The notes under the pieces are model-generated. The model was not told where the DNA came from. It made no database searches and saw only the letters and a program-made list of their open reading frames with translations. Position numbers and translations under genes: made by a program. A stretch of 64,000 nt of DNA from positions 1,736,001-1,800,000 of the forward strand of contig CM119372.1 of NCBI GenBank assembly GCA_051294905.1. Reading direction: 5' to 3'. Below are positions 63,422 through 64,000 of this stretch, piece by piece. This DNA is from Botryllus schlosseri. Its lineage: Eukaryota. Position 1 is the stretch's first letter, and each line of letters opens with the position of its first letter.

Positions 63422-63612
63422 CCTCCAACGCAAGCTGTCAAAACGGAAAGCGCACCTCCCGAAAGCGCTTCCGCAGAAGCCGTGGATGCCGTGTCCTTCA
63501 AGGCGACGATCTCCGAGAAATGCACGAAGGAACAGGCTGCTGAAGCAATCAAGTTTTTTCCAAAGCACTATATCAATGCAAACACCCTTCGGTGCTCCAA
63601 ATGCAAGCAAAG
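63422..63612 (+). CDS. ZNF800: Next coding exon of the ZNF800-like gene (gene continues past window end)
   Basis: Acceptor tttcAG, then an open phase-0 frame PPTQAVKTES...YINANTLRCSKCKQ ending in the first half of another zinc finger (CxxC). Donor AG|GTAATT. Confidence 0.8.
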
Positions 63613-64000
63613 GTAATTTTCTTCATTACGTCTATTTTGTTGTTAGCTTACTATAAGGATGCAAAGATGATATTGGTGGTGTGTGTGTGAGTGTGAGAGT
63701 ATTTATTGTAATCTGGTACCTGAGTGATTCGACTTGGAACCAATAAGAGTATCACTCATTAAGCCATGGTAACATACTAACAGTATTGATGATGTGGAAA
63801 GTTGGAATATGTACTGGTACCTTAATATGCGACTGCAATGAATATAGTGCAAGTTCTACACAGGGTTCTAATGACTCCGAGTCACAATTTTTTGGTGACT
63901 CGACTTGAATCAAGTCATTTTTTCAGATGTGTAAAATGACTCGAGACTAGGATAGCCAAGACAGACATTTCAGTGTAACTTCGACGAATAGTAAAGTTAC

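Overview
This is AT-rich metazoan genomic DNA with GT-AG introns packed with short DNA-transposon derivatives. A compact invertebrate genome such as a tunicate is plausible but not provable from the window. Most ORFs in the supplied track are artefacts. Splicing by hand gives four genes. (1) A 15-exon minus-strand gene (23124->8724, 580 aa) with architecture glutaredoxin-glutaredoxin-DEP-DUF547, in which the three-exon Grx module is tandemly duplicated. (2) An SS18/SS18L1 (SSXT + QPGY) homolog with an intronless CDS (33810->32620). (3) An 8-exon, ~699-aa ZP-module type I membrane protein with a long Ser/Thr stalk (52903->38197). (4) A ZNF800-like zinc-finger gene (60365 onward, running off the window). 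The non-coding DNA holds a Penelope-like GIY-YIG fragment followed by a core-intact minimal hammerhead ribozyme, plus four degenerate copies. It also holds an L2/Crack-type LINE 3' end, a tRNA-derived SINE, an isolated 3' portion of tRNA-Leu, and many hAT and mariner-type MITEs with readable TIRs and TSDs, nested up to four deep. All exon coordinates were read by eye and need RNA-seq confirmation.
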